DNA of 63,201 bases, filler included, from Reticulomyxa filosa (GCA_000512085.1; 19 parts of 19 records of this genome joined end to end with filler, not necessarily neighbours in it), one strand, 5' to 3'; counted from the whole stretch's first letter, positions 12,843 to 25,949 are shown. The notes: generated by a model from the sequence alone, not told the origin. Translations and numbers: made by a program.

Positions 12843-14868
12843 ATTATTAATGTTCAGGATTTTTTTTAAAAAAAAAGTGGCTGTGACTTAACCCTTTTTG
12901 AGAAAATAAAAATATTTTACATTAGCATTTTTTATTTGGTTGAACAATGAAATTAAAATATTAAAATGTATGAAAATTGAATTATTGTATTGAGAATTTT
13001 CAAGGAAAAAATAATATTTGTTAAACATTGTTATCTATCATCAATACTGAGATTGTAACAGTCTTGAAATAATGAAAGTATCAGAAATATGAATGTTGTA
13101 TCTTTCTTTTTAAATTAAAAAATAACAACAAAATCAGTTATTAGGAATTTTGAAATGTTTATACTTGTGTAATTTTAACTTGTATTTACATAATCCTTAT
13201 GCTAAGAATAAGATATGCAGCTTGTAATTCCTATTCAACCAATATTTGCATATTTGTCATTCTTTGAAGGAATGTGTAAAAACAATTTGAAAAGTTTAGC
13301 ATAATATTTTTTAAAAATTAAAAAACTTCATTTTTTTTGCTGCATTTGGGAAATGTCAACGGTTTGACATACAACAAAATCAACAAGGATTTTAAATTAT
13401 ACAAATGTATAAAGTTGACATCGTTCAAGACCAATATTACAAACAAAATCCTTATTTTTGCATTTTCTTTTAAACAAAGGAGTCAAAGTTGAATTTAAGA
13501 AAGACAAAAAAGAAATATTATCTAAAGAGTTGACGGGGAAGAAACAAAAAGAGTTAGCAAATTTTGACTAAAATCCAAACATTATAACTTGGTCAAATTT
13601 CCAAGTTGGATATTATCACTGTCAACTGTGAAATCTTACGAAAAAGAAAGCGCATTTCAATGATTGTATAAAGTTGGTATTTGTTTTATCTTTTTTATTA
13701 CATTAGTCTAACCAAATCGTCACAAATTTATCAATTTGATGCAATGTACCTGTGACATAAATTGAAATATATAATATTACAAATTATTGCTGTTCAAGAA
13801 GAGTGCATTTCACTTTAATTTTTCATCAATTTTTGGAGTAGATTTTTGTTANNNNNNNNNNNNNNNNNNNNNNNNNNNNNNNNNNNNNNNNNNNNTTAAT
13901 TAATTAANNNNNNNNNNNNNNNNNNNNNNNNNNNNNNNNNNNNNNNNNNNNAAAAAAAAAACGCTAGTACGTCAGGTAATATTTTTGTCAAAAACAAGAA
14001 CCAAGTCTTTTGGATTTAGTGTGAAGCGGGATGGTTGCACACTAACAACAGTGCAAAAAAGGTGAAGCCGTCCAACAAAGTGTTTTTAAAAGGGATTTGT
14101 ATTAGATAGAAGATTGTCGCAATTGATGGACGGTCGGAGCCTAGCGAAATGCTTGCGCTACTCAAGAGAGAAGAGGAGATTTTACAATGCGTGGTGATTT
14201 TTTGAAGCTCTGTCCACATGACGTCTAGGACTGCTTTCAAAATTAGATTCTCACTCTTTCTTTTTTTTTTTTTGTTTTCCTTTCATCCAATCTTTTTTTG
14301 TTGTGGGACAAAAAAAAAAAAGTGAACAAGACCCAATAAATTGAGCAGCTTAGTTTGCTTTATATAATGGAATATATAAACACGTACATTACATGTGCAA
14401 TATATCCTTTTTTTTTGTTTTGTTTCGGCTTTGTCATCAGAATACATATCAAGATTGTTCTTTTCAAAATAATGTATTGTTGTTGCCCCATAAGCACAAG
14501 TCAACTGACATTTTTTTTTTTTTTTTTTTTGTTTTTTAAGACAAAACTCTGTTTCGAAGGCAATTCTGTTTTTGGCTCATTCTATTATATAATAGTTTGC
14601 AACCCGAATTTTTGTAAATGTTTGCGAGAAATGAAACAGTCAAATAGAATCGAAACAAGTGAGTCAACGTAAAATGTAATAGACACAGAGAGAAACATAA
14701 ACATGTAGCCAAACGGGTAGAGTAGTTCTGGGGTTGTGTACCAATAAAGTAACAAATAGCCAAGAAATTAGAAGAAAAAAAAAAAAAAAAAAGTAAAAAT
14801 CGTATTTAAGAAGAAGGAATAAACAATTAGAGCAAAATCAAAGTGAGACTTGGATTGATGGAACGAGA

Positions 14869-15402
14869 TCACTTAGATGATTTAATAACTGAGGGCGTTG
14901 TTTGTTGCTTGACAGCAAGTTTTTCTTCAGGTGTGGTAGTACATACTTCCATATTTTTTTTTCTGTTTCGCTTGTCCAGACTTTCGAGTAATTCCATTGG
15001 GGACAATGCATCGGCTTGATTTCTATCACGATTATTCTCATACGTTTCAATTCCGTTGCTGCTGCTGCCTTGTACACTTTGGATAGAAACATTTGCATTC
15101 AAATGATCACCATTTATTCTCGGTTGTTGAGAATGAACAATTCGATTCATAAACTCTGTTGCCTCTTGCATGAATGCAAATTCATTTTCCATGTCAACGA
15201 CGAGTACTGACTCTGTTCCTTTCGTATTATTTTGCTGGCTTTCTAATCCCTTTTTTGAACTTTTTGTCGTTGGGACAACTGCTGGAGACAGAAAGTTTGA
15301 ACGCGTATTACTACTTCCACTGCTCGAAGAAACGGACAGCCGATGGGAATTATTGTGGTTTGCAACACAGCACGTTGCAGTCCCGACTTCCTTTGGTTTC
15401 AT
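14869..15402 (-). CDS. Hypothetical protein, first exon; downstream exons unresolved
   Basis: 177-aa ATG ORF with coding-like composition, divergent from the SAM gene; no recognisable domain. Confidence 0.4.
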   Translation of the reverse strand: MKPKEVGTATCCVANHNNSHRLSVSSSSGSSNTRSNFLSPAVVPTTKSSKKGLESQQNNTKGTESVLVVDMENEFAFMQEATEFMNRIVHSQQPRINGDHLNANVSIQSVQGSSSNGIETYENNRDRNQADALSPMELLESLDKRNRKKNMEVCTTTPEEKLAVKQQTTPSVIKSSK

Positions 15403-15805
15403 TTAAAATATTTTAAACCAACTAAATAACTCCCCTGTCTTACCAAACACGAAAAACTACTTTGGTAAAAAAAAAAAACCGTGCACATAACCAACAAGGG
15501 GTCTCAGTACTTATATACTTCTCAACTTCAGCTACAAAAAAAAGAAAATTTCCAAGGTCGATTAAAATTTAGTACGGAAAAAAAGTTTACGATCGATATT
15601 AACATATAAAACCGTGACCTATGTCGTTAAACACACTGTAAATTTGTGCATAATAAAACGGAAAAAAAGTTCAAAGTGCGAGCCACACGGAATGACACAT
15701 GAGTAAATAAAAGTTTAATTTGTCCTCCTTTATATTTATTATTTGTATATTTTATCTCTCTGGTCGAGTGTGCTTATTACAGTGACAGACTACAGTCAGA
15801 CTTGA

Positions 15806-16522
15806 ATGTCTGATCGAGTGGACGTGAGGTCATGGCTCGCAGTGAACAAGCTTTCGTATGTGGAGAAGACATTTGTGGAGCGCAATATAGCAATTGAAGA
15901 GCTGATGGACTTCGACACAGAAGAGTTGAAAGATTTTGCAAAAGATTTGAAATTGGATGCATTGGCAACGAGGAGATTTATAAAAGCAATAATGGATCAA
16001 AAGGAATATTTTAAAAATGGGCAGATGGGGAAAGACAGCGGGACAAAACGAGAGTCGTTGTCAAGCAACGAAAGGATGTCTTCAATGACGACACAAGTAA
16101 ACGTCAAATCATCGGAAATGTTGAAATCAGCGAGCAGTGGTGGTGGTGGTGGTGGTGGAAGCGACGTAGATGGAGCAAATAATCACGAGGACATAGCTCC
16201 GCCAGAGGCCGCTTTCGGCATGATCCATCCTTACGTAGACATCGATCCTACGGCACAAATGAACGAAGAGGACAGTGCAGGCGAAGGAGAAGGAATAGGA
16301 ATAGGAATAGGAATAGGAGTAGGAGTAGCAGTAGGAGAAGGAGCCGTAGAAAAGAATGTCATCGCAAGAGCTTCTTCTTCTTCTTTTTTTGGGTCAACAG
16401 AAGCAAGTTGAACATCGAAACGAATATGAAAAGCCATTGTATTCCAATCCTAGTGAAAATATTTCCGTGGTACGTCAAACTACCACTGAATTGAAAATGA
16501 AAGGTTTTTTTTTTTTTTTTTT
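15806..16522 (+). CDS. SAM-domain protein, 3' partial
   Basis: DVRSWLAVNKLSYVEKTFVERNIAIEELMDFDTEELKDFAKDLKL...RFIKAI is a SAM pattern; probable frameshift in the T-run near 16384. Confidence 0.75.
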
Positions 16523-16622
16523 NNNNNNNNNNNNNNNNNNNNNNNNNNNNNNNNNNNNNNNNNNNNTTAATTAATTAANNNNNNNNNNNNNNNNNNNNNN
16601 NNNNNNNNNNNNNNNNNNNNNN

Positions 16623-17306
16623 CTCACCGGATGGGAATTTGGTTGTGTCATATTCAAATGATAATATAGTCCGAATATGGGATGTCCACTTGGGCACTGA
16701 AATCAAGAGATTGGTGGGACATTCGAGCTATGTACACATTGCCCAATTTTCATCAGATGGAAAAATGATTGTATCTGGATCAAGTGATAACAGCATTCAA
16801 ATATGGGATGTAAAATCAAAAATTACAAGAATACGAAGATGTAACAAAGCATTTTGAATTTTCATCCGATGGTCGACAACTTGTATCAGTATTAACTAAT
16901 GGTTACATTCGGATTTTTGATATGGAGTCAGGTAAAGTGACACATATATTGCAAGATTACTTACACTATCCAAAGATAGCGCGGTTTTCCCCAGATATGC
17001 GTTATGTCATATCCTGTGCATTAGATAAGATAATTCGAATATGGGATCTAGTGTCAGGAAAACTGATCAACAAATTAGTTGGACACTCAGGTCTATAACT
17101 GACGTTCGATTCTTTCCAGATATGAAAACTGCTTTGTCTTACTCAACAGACAACACCATTTGGTTATGGGATGTTCAACTCGGGATGGTATACAAATATT
17201 AGAGGGGTATTCAGAAATAATAACTGGAATTGATATTTCACCGAATGGTAATACGATTGTATCTTCTTCAAGAGACGGGACTATTCAATTGTGGGAATCA
17301 TTGTGA
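16623..17306 (+). pseudogene. WD40-repeat pseudogene or frameshifted fragment
   Basis: Successive GH...FSxDG...S.D..I.IWD repeats interrupted by frameshifts near 16820, 17092 and 17190. Confidence 0.8.
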
Positions 17307-18492
17307 GAATTGTATTTACTTATTGTTCATTTTATATTTTGTTCCGTAAAACATTCAATGGATGTCATTTTCTGGAAAAAAAATTTTCTCCAAACATTGG
17401 ATATTTTTAAATTGAAAAGCAAGAAACTAATATCATCAATATATGTTCTTCAAAGTGAAAACAATGTCTAAGCAAGATTATGTAATATCAATTCAGCAAC
17501 CCAAGCTATGCATAATTGATGGCATTTTTTTCTTACAATGTTCATTACCAATAAGTAAATTATTGGCAAAAAATGCAAATAGATGCTACGCGAAAAAGGA
17601 GTTAATTGATAGCAAGTTATTAAAAATCATGCTTTTGTTATTTTAGAATCAAAAAGCAACAAATTTAAAATAAATATCTTATTTTTTATCAAAAGATTGC
17701 TGTTCATTCAATCTTGTTTTTAAAATATTTCGTTTGTAAGTTCATATTTGTGCATTGTTCTTAAAACTGCGCTTTAATCGGAAGCGCAATCCTTTTTTTT
17801 CAGAAAAATTGTTTCAAAAAAAAAATTAAAAAACGAAAAAAAATTCTTTCACAATCATTAACATGTAACAAAATCGAATTAGAGACAACTTGTTTCATTG
17901 TTCGTTCTTTGCCAAAAAACTGTCTCTCGTAAAGTAAAAGCAAACGCAGAAGACAAGAGCACACTCAAAGTGCTGTGCCAGCATAAACCTTAGATCAACA
18001 GGTATAAACATCATTACTTTCACTTAGTTCTTGATAAAAAGGGATTGACAAGTCGCTTTTCATTTTTATTCCATTCATGAAAATTCAACACCCCTTTTTT
18101 GTTTACTAAATTTCCTTATTTAAAAAAAAAGTAAAATTATCAAAATAATTTTCTAAAAAAAAAACGTAAATTGATAAACAAAATAACAAGTAATATTGAA
18201 TTATTTAACGATACCGTAAATTCACGACGCCAGTTCCGTTGCAATAAAAGCATATATTGTTTTCCANNNNNNNNNNNNNNNNNNNNNNNNNNNNNNNNNN
18301 NNNNNNNNNNTTAATTAATTAANNNNNNNNNNNNNNNNNNNNNNNNNNNNNNNNNNNNNNNNNNNNTTTTGTATATATTTTTCAGTGCAAGATTTTTTTT
18401 TTTTTTGAATTGAATAAAATTTGCTAAAATAACAATAATAATAATAATATAATATATATATATATATTTATTTTTTTTAAAAAAAAAAAAAG

Positions 18493-19392
18493 ATGATTAT
18501 TTTGATATTAAACATGGAGGCAATTTTGTTGGGGGGAGAAATTGGACAAGCTCATGCATGGTGCCAATCAACAGTATTAAAGAAATTGTTTAGTGGAGAA
18601 ACTGTTTGCGCTTGCAACACCAATACGACATTGCCTGAACTTAATGCGTATGTCTGTGCTGCAATATTTGGAGAATTGTCACACAAAATCGTGTTTGCCG
18701 TCATGCCGGAGAAAAATCCCGAGGTGTTGGCAAAGCGAGGACTACATGGAGTCACCACGTCCAAAGTCAAGGCAATGTTTAAAACGTGCTGAACGCACTT
18801 TAGCAAAAAAAGTAACTGTGCAAAGTGTCATTAAAGCTGGTAATGTTTTTTTCATTTTTTTTTTTTTTCCGTAGTTTGTTGTTGAACACAGGAAAACAAC
18901 AACAAAAAAGGACCATTCCAAATCAATACACCGAATGCGCATCCAAAGTTCATGTACACTGGCATATTTTTAAATCAACAATCAATTGAAAGTCTACGCT
19001 TTAAGTTCGTACAATGGTCGCGACAGTGCTTGCTACCACGATTAGCAAAAGGACATATGACACTAAAGTATAAGCCATCTCTTGATGACGTATCTGCATT
19101 AGGAAGTGGAGGCAATCAAGTCTCTTTAAAGATTATTGGATATGCCTTTCACTCTTTGGTGCAATGTGCTTTGGTTGATATTATCGATGAAAGTTATCGT
19201 GGTATGTGTGCAAATAAGTTTCCACATATCACAATCTCCCATGATGAAAATTGTCCGCCTTACAACTCCAACGAATTGTTAAAATATGGCCGTGTGTGTC
19301 TATTGCCTGAAAACGAGTGCATATTTGTGACGGGTAACGTTGGAGCTGTTCCTTTTAACTCCAATCAAGAAACCTTCACTTTAGGAGAATAA
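18493..19392 (+). CDS. N4BP2/CNPase-like polynucleotide-kinase domain fused to a 2H phosphoesterase, 5' partial
   Basis: DDYF...AHAWCQ...NTNT...RGLHGV kinase-family motifs, then HMT and HIT 2H motifs. Needs single-base corrections in the G6 run (18531) and A4 run (18781), plus intron 18845-18891. Confidence 0.7.
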
Positions 19393-19578
19393 TTATTTGC
19401 TTCCTCTTTGCAATAATAATAAAACAGAGTTTTTATTTGAACTGATTGCTCTCGCACAATAATCCTCTTTTTTTTTTCTCGTCGTAGTTTAAAAATTACA
19501 TTTGAAAATTGAATTGATAGATAGGACTATTTTCAAAGGTCCATAACTCAAATAAAACAAAATTAAAAAAAAACATTT

Positions 19579-20843
19579 TTATTGAGACACTTTCCAATGG
19601 TAACTATACAATTGATGATCTGCTCCGCCACTGACAATAGTGTCATTAATCCATTCTAAACACAAGACTTTATCACTGTGCTTATTTAGCATATAGAGCG
19701 GCTCATTGCTTCGCAAATCCCAAAACTTAATAGTGCCATCAAAAGAGCTACTAATAAATAAAGGCCTATTTTCTTTTTCACTGCATTTGATATCGCTGAT
19801 GGGTAATCGATGAGAACGATAAGTATGACGGCTTGATTTACTCAACAATGTCTCTGCATTGACATCGTTTGTCCGTGGATCCCAGATGCATATTTTTTGA
19901 TTGCTATGAGCACTTATCAACACATTTTGTGAGGTCCAATATTGCAAACTTGTCACAGCAGAAGATGTCTGCCATGTGTAAACATCAATCTCTTTGACAG
20001 TGTCCCATAGACGAATACTTTGGTCCCAGCTGGCGCTGTACAACGCATAGGGATTGACCCAATGCAAGCAAGTTATCATTTCCCTGTGGCCTCTGAGAGT
20101 TGATACGCTTTTCATTCGCGATGAAGTCCCTTTTTTTGATTGTGTTTTCATTTCCTATGAAAATGGAAAAACAGAGAACTAAATTATATTAAAAAAAATA
20201 TATATATATATATGTATATATAAATATACGGAGAATATAATTTGAAAACAAGTACTTGATCATTTGATGTTTGTTGAGTCTTAGTGTTGGACATTAATTT
20301 AATTCTTTTGGACGGAGGTAATCCAGTTTCATTTTCAGGCTCTTCGACGGTGATATCGAAAATGTCAGCGGTATCGGAACTGTTTTCATTGTGATCAACT
20401 CTCCACAGTTTGATGTTTGTGTCAACGCTTCCAGTGGCGAACACTTTGCTTTGATTGGGTGCCGAAATGCACTCCACACTGGAGCGATGTTCTTTTGTGT
20501 TGTCTGCGACTTCTTCAATTTTGGAATTGGTTTGCAGGTCCAACGCCATCCGAAGCACTTTCACGCTACCATTTTTGCAAGCGGTGCCAAAATAGTAATG
20601 TCCATTCCAACAAAACAAATTGCTCACGCCTTTAATCGGAGACAAATTAGCACGAAACGATGTGTGCACTCTTTCAGTTTTGCTTGCTCTTCCGTCTGTT
20701 GTGGAGGATGCCACACTTGCTACATTCCATATGCGAACGATACCGTCATAGCATCCCGTTACAAACAAATAGTTTTTTTGCTCATTTTCACCCGACACAT
20801 ACAAATGAGAGGAGCCACGACCCAATATATCCACACAACTTAC
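19579..20843 (-). CDS. WDR12: Ribosome biogenesis protein WDR12/Ytm1, 5' partial
   Basis: TGCYDGIVRIWN, LYSASWDQSIRLWD, IWDPR, SFDGTIKFWDLRS.EPLY...HSDKVLCLEW...IVSGGAD. Confidence 0.85.
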
Positions 20844-20970
20844 CTTTTTTTTTTTTAAAAAAAAAAAAAANNNNNNNNNNNNNNNNNNNNNNNNNNNNNN
20901 NNNNNNNNNNNNNNTTAATTAATTAANNNNNNNNNNNNNNNNNNNNNNNNNNNNNNNNNNNNNNNNNNNN

Positions 20971-21596
20971 AAAATGACATGCAAGATGAATATGACGACG
21001 ACAATAAGAAAGAGGATGAAAATGAGGAAGAGGAAGAGTATGAGGATGAATATGAATATGAAGACGAAGATGATGAAGATGAAAATGAGGAAGAAGAAGA
21101 AGAAGAAGACAATGCCAATAACAATGAAGAAAAAGGAGCAACAAATGAAAAAAAGAGGGACGAAAAAATAGAGCCATTGCGTCCTTTGTCCGTACATTAT
21201 AGTCAACAAAAAGATGAGAGAAGCTCATTCAATAAAAACTTCAATTCATTTTCTTCTCACGTTGTTGATGATCCATCAACAGCAACAACAACAACAACTA
21301 CTACAAATCGCTTTTCACAAGGGTATCCCCCACCTTCAAACCCACTCCCACCTCCACCTCCACCTCCTCTACCAAATATGTATTCCTCTGCTCCCCACGT
21401 TAGTGCATTTTCACCTCCACAATATTTTCATTATTCAACACCCAATCTTATGCCGCATTTCCCACCGATGCCATTTGCCGGCAGCTCGGCCGACTATGGT
21501 AAAGACGAAGCCTTAGCGCAAATGCTGTTGGCATGGTATTGGAGTGGATACCACGCCGGGTGTCAAGCAGCGCAAAGGCACTCCATCCCGAAATGA
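20971..21596 (+). CDS. SMN: Survival motor neuron (SMN)-like protein, 3' part
   Basis: Poly-Pro region followed by the YG-box DEALAQMLLAWYWSGYHAG. Confidence 0.8.
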
Positions 21597-21933
21597 AAAG
21601 ATCCTTTTTTTTTTTTTTTTTTTTTTGCTCAAAAAAATTTTTTATTTTTTAGTTCAATTTAAAAAAAAAAAAAACAACAAGAGACAAATTGTTTCTTCTC
21701 GATTTCATGTTCATCCATATAACAATAAATTTTTTAAAAAAGTTCCAATGTTCACTTCAGCATGTTATAACCTTTTTATTTTTGAAAAAAAAAAAAAAAA
21801 AAGGAGCCGAGTTCGAAAATGAAGCTTTGCTTGTGTGAACGACACTTTGGCCGAAAAAATAAATAAAACAAAATAAAATAGTCTAGTCTAAAGTTCAGTT
21901 TGCAGGAAAACGTAAAGTTGCTTGCAAGCGAAT

Positions 21934-22219
21934 TTAAACATGAAATAGCCTCCAAAAATGGTACAACATGGTACCAATAAAAAAAGTAAGCTGGCAAAAA
22001 AGAAACTGGCGATACGTAGTGCCAAACCAAAACACAGGCGCATCAAATCGATGTGGCGACAGGTATAAGTTATCGGTCATAAACAAATGTATGCGAATCA
22101 CAAGCAGGGGCAAATTGAGAAGGATGCATTTCCAATGAACGCAAGTATCACCAAAATTATTTGGCCAAAATACAACACATACGACAGAGTAAGCTGTTCA
22201 TTGATCTGCTTGACCAAGC
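21934..22219 (-). CDS. Cornichon/Erv14-like membrane protein, last exon (not in the ORF track)
   Basis: LVKQINEQL..YVLY..IILVILAF, one frameshift, then HWKCILLNLPLLV...FCQLTFFIGTMLYHFWRLF*, resembling the cornichon W..LLNLPL motif and final TM. Confidence 0.5.
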
Positions 22220-22515
22220 CTAACAGTCCATGCTTTTTTTTTTTTTGTCCAATGAGAAAACGGGAATTTTATTAAGCAAACAAACAAGTTCGTCAAGAAG
22301 TGTTCAACAATTATACTTTTTTTTTTTTTTTTNNNNNNNNNNNNNNNNNNNNNNNNNNNNNNNNNNNNNNNNNNNNTTAATTAATTAANNNNNNNNNNNN
22401 NNNNNNNNNNNNNNNNNNNNNNNNNNNNNNNNTTTTTTTTTTTTGTTGTGTGTTGTTCTGGATGTGTACAATTTCGACAAATGAGTTAACCGTACATTAT
22501 ATCATCACAATATAC

Positions 22516-22636
22516 CTCCGTTGCAAACTGTTTGTTCTTCGCAAATGGCGCTGCGAGAGCGATAAAAGCTCACCCAATCATCACTTCCAGATACAACGCC
22601 CAACAGCAATCCTAAATAACTCAATCGCTTCCACAT
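22516..22636 (-). CDS. First exon of a putative secreted protein
   Basis: MWKRLSYLGLLLGVVSGSDDWVSFYRSRSAICEEQTVCNG then a GTATAT donor; signal-peptide-like. Confidence 0.4.
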
Positions 22637-23089
22637 TGCAAATAAATGACGAGATAGTAAGTTTAACAAAAGTCAGTATGACCTAAGTCAACAAGTTTTC
22701 TCGTGCAAAAAGATTATATTCTCATCTAGAAATTGAAAAATGGAAGATAAATACTGCTATTAAGAATATTTACACCAAAAACCTTAAGGTTAGATCACTA
22801 TGTTGTGTCCATAACATTGTAGACCTGCTAACTTTTTTAACTCTTGCAGAAAGCTAATTTCTGCCCAAAACCCAAAGATATCTCAAATTGAGCAAAAAAA
22901 AGATTAACACAACAACAATAATGACAACAAAACAACGCACAAGCTTTGCAATGTCCTTAAAGTGAGACAAGACTTATTTTGTATATATTGTTTCCATTAA
23001 TTTGCCGTTTGTGAAGTCGTTTTATTCGAGTGTTAAATATAGATTGAATTACGTTTCCATTTGTTTTCACCCCTTCCATGTCTACTTTG

Positions 23090-24518
23090 TTATACTCCGC
23101 GCCCGCCGCGTGGAGTAGAATGTTCTCCATTGTTCTGTAAATATGAGTCCTTTTTTATTGTGAGGTCATTTTCATCGTTGTCTCGATTTTTGGTATTATT
23201 GTTTTTTGTTTTGGGATTTTTATAGTCAAGATTTTGTTGCTGTTTAGTTTCCTTTTTTTTCGCTTTTTTATTTTTTTTGTTTTTATTCGTATTGTTATCA
23301 TTATCACTGTCACTGTTATTATCATTACTTGTATTTGGATTGCTATATTCATTTGTTTGAGTTGCTGATACGTCTTCAGCGTCCTCAAAAAAGTTCATTT
23401 GTGCGTTTTTTGAGTTTATAGCTGTTGTTTGTTTTTTGCTGTCAAAAACAAAGCGTTAGAACATTTGCTCCTTATCTTGAGGACAAAAAAAAAAAAAAAA
23501 AAGTAAAGCGCTCAACTTAATCAAACGGTTGTGTGACAAGCCTTTTTTTCCGGTCAATGCATTAGAAAATAAGTTTTCGGTTTGTTTGGAATAACTTTGC
23601 TCCTCTTCATCATCATCCTCCTCTTCGTTTTCCGTTTCTTCAACAACAAAGCTCTCGTCGCTTTCATCGTCATTATCATCATTATTGTCATCGTCAAACT
23701 CAAAATCTTGGTCCAATTTCTGTAAATTAAATAAGTTGAAGAGCGAACTAACCCTTTGGGTTTGAGAAGTAAGCACTGGAGATATCTCTTGCACGTCTTC
23801 AATCGGAATTCGAAACTGCACACTCTTGTTCGAACTGACTTGCAAATTGGGATGCGGAAAAAGAGCCCCTTGTTTTTCTTTATTATTTTTCGAGTCCAAG
23901 ACAACAGCCGAATTTTCATTGCCTTTGTTTACAATAACAGCCTGTGGGTTTGTTTCGTTTTTCGCGTGACATTGAAGACAGCACCAAAAACAAATAACAT
24001 AAATAAATACATATAATAAATATTACTTGCAAAGTAGCATTGCCAACAGATAATCCATTTAATCTATTGCACACTCGGTCAGCATCAAGCTTAGAACTTA
24101 CTACGACCATGCCATATCTTTCAATCAGATGAAGTAAACAAACAAACAAACAAAAATTGAAAAGCGAATGCATTACCATTGGATAATTTTTTCAAAAAAA
24201 AAAAAAAAAAAGCAATAGTATGTACCCTTTTGGAAAGCCTGCTGATGAGGCGGGTACTCGAACGAGCGTAATATCACTGTTGGTGTCATGATCAAATGAA
24301 TAATTAGACGAGAGAAGCTTTTGTAACATTTGTCTGCCGACGAACCACGGGATATTTATAACAAAGATGAAATAATATTGACTTTGAATAATCGTGTTAT
24401 CGTCGGCACTGTTGAGCAATTTTTTCAGTTCAGTGGTGCACCCTTGCAACAAAAGTGGATAAGAGAAGCGAAAAAGATATGACAGTTCTGGAATTTCACG
24501 GGTTGTTGGATGGTCTAG
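23090..24518 (-). CDS. RRM-containing RNA-binding protein with acidic/Asn-rich tail, multi-exon, 5' partial
   Basis: RNP2-like IFVINIP; RNP1-like PKG|YGMV across an intron; ADRVCNRLNGLSVGNATLQ. Confidence 0.7.
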
Positions 24519-24708
24519 CTGTATTTTTTATTTATTTATATATTTACATTGTCGGTCCTCTCGCTGCTCCACAACCACAAAAAAAATATTTCTCCTTGCT
24601 TTTTTTTTNNNNNNNNNNNNNNNNNNNNNNNNNNNNNNNNNNNNNNNNNNNNTTAATTAATTAANNNNNNNNNNNNNNNNNNNNNNNNNNNNNNNNNNNN
24701 NNNNNNNN

Positions 24709-24742
<34 letters not shown>

Positions 24743-25566
24743 TATTACTATTGGCAATAGTAATTGTAGTGGCTGCCATTGTTGTGGAAGTGTTGCTATT
24801 GTTGTGTTGATGATGGTAAGCTCTTCAATTTTTTCATTCATCATTTTGCGACGCAATGCCTTTTCTCGATCAATCCGCTCTTTCCGTTCTTGTTCCAACT
24901 GGTTCAAGTCGGGCACAAACGAGTGTCGTTTCTTCTCCAACCCATTGGCCAATTGTTTGTTCTTGCTACTTGTGGTAGTTATTCCTGCGCCTGTTGCATC
25001 CACTGAAAATCGTTGGCTCCTATACACACACACACACACACACACACATAGCACGCATCCAAATTGAATGAATATGTATATGTGTATGTGATGCTTGTAC
25101 GTTTTATGTATTTCTCTTTTTTTTTTTTTCCGTTCTTAACTCTGCTGGCTTTGTAGCTGTCAACCGGGTCAATGCATCCAATCTCTGTGCTGCCTTGCCC
25201 GTCTATTGTGTCAATCCAAACTCATCTTTTTTTTTGTTGGTCGTTGTTGTACGGAAAATTGGCTCCATGTCTCAAAAAAAAAAAAAAAATCTTAGGACCA
25301 AACAATAATTAAAAAATACACAAACAAATACTAAAAAAAAAAAAAAAAAAAAAATAAGAAACAAACAAATACAATTCTGTTTGTAAAGCTTGTTTGGATT
25401 GAACTGCTGGCATGGTTGACATTGTGTTCGTTATCACGATGCTTTGAGTTACGTGCTTCTCACTTTCGTGCTTTGACAAAGACACATGATTCTGCTCTGT
25501 TGTGTGCGACTTAGTTTCACCAGTTATATTCAACTTGATCTCTTCTTTTTCATCTTTCGAAGTCAT
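24709..25566 (-). CDS. Hypothetical low-complexity/coiled-coil protein, 3' partial
   Basis: ATG exon MTSKDEKEE..., further exons with KKRHSFVPDLNQLEQERKERI; no domain recognised. Confidence 0.4.
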
Positions 25567-25949
25567 TGGCTACTTTGAACTTTTATTATTAATGCGAAAA
25601 AAAAAAAGAAAATTTTTTTGTTGGTAAAGATTTTATTTGTGATCCCGTTTATCACAAACTCTTTCAAGTAATAAAAAAAAGAAACATAAAAAGTGGTCGC
25701 ATTTCCAAAACAATATTTACACACTGAAATTTGCAGCATCGTTGCTGCAGTCATTTGGATCTAACAAATAATTTCTTTTTGAAGGAGAATCTCCTGATGT
25801 TTAAGAAGAAAGAAAACTACGTTAGTACCTTGGTCTAAAGCAAAAGTAAAAACTCAATTTCTTTCCAGAAGCCCAATAAACAGTTGTCTGCAACAACAAA
25901 ACAAATAAAGTACAATTTTTTTTTTTGAAGTTTACAATCATTATATAAA

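Noticed and set aside
18875-18885. In-frame TGA as selenocysteine in the kinase-2H gene
   Set aside because: The alternative intron 18845-18891 removes it and keeps the frame; no SECIS seen.
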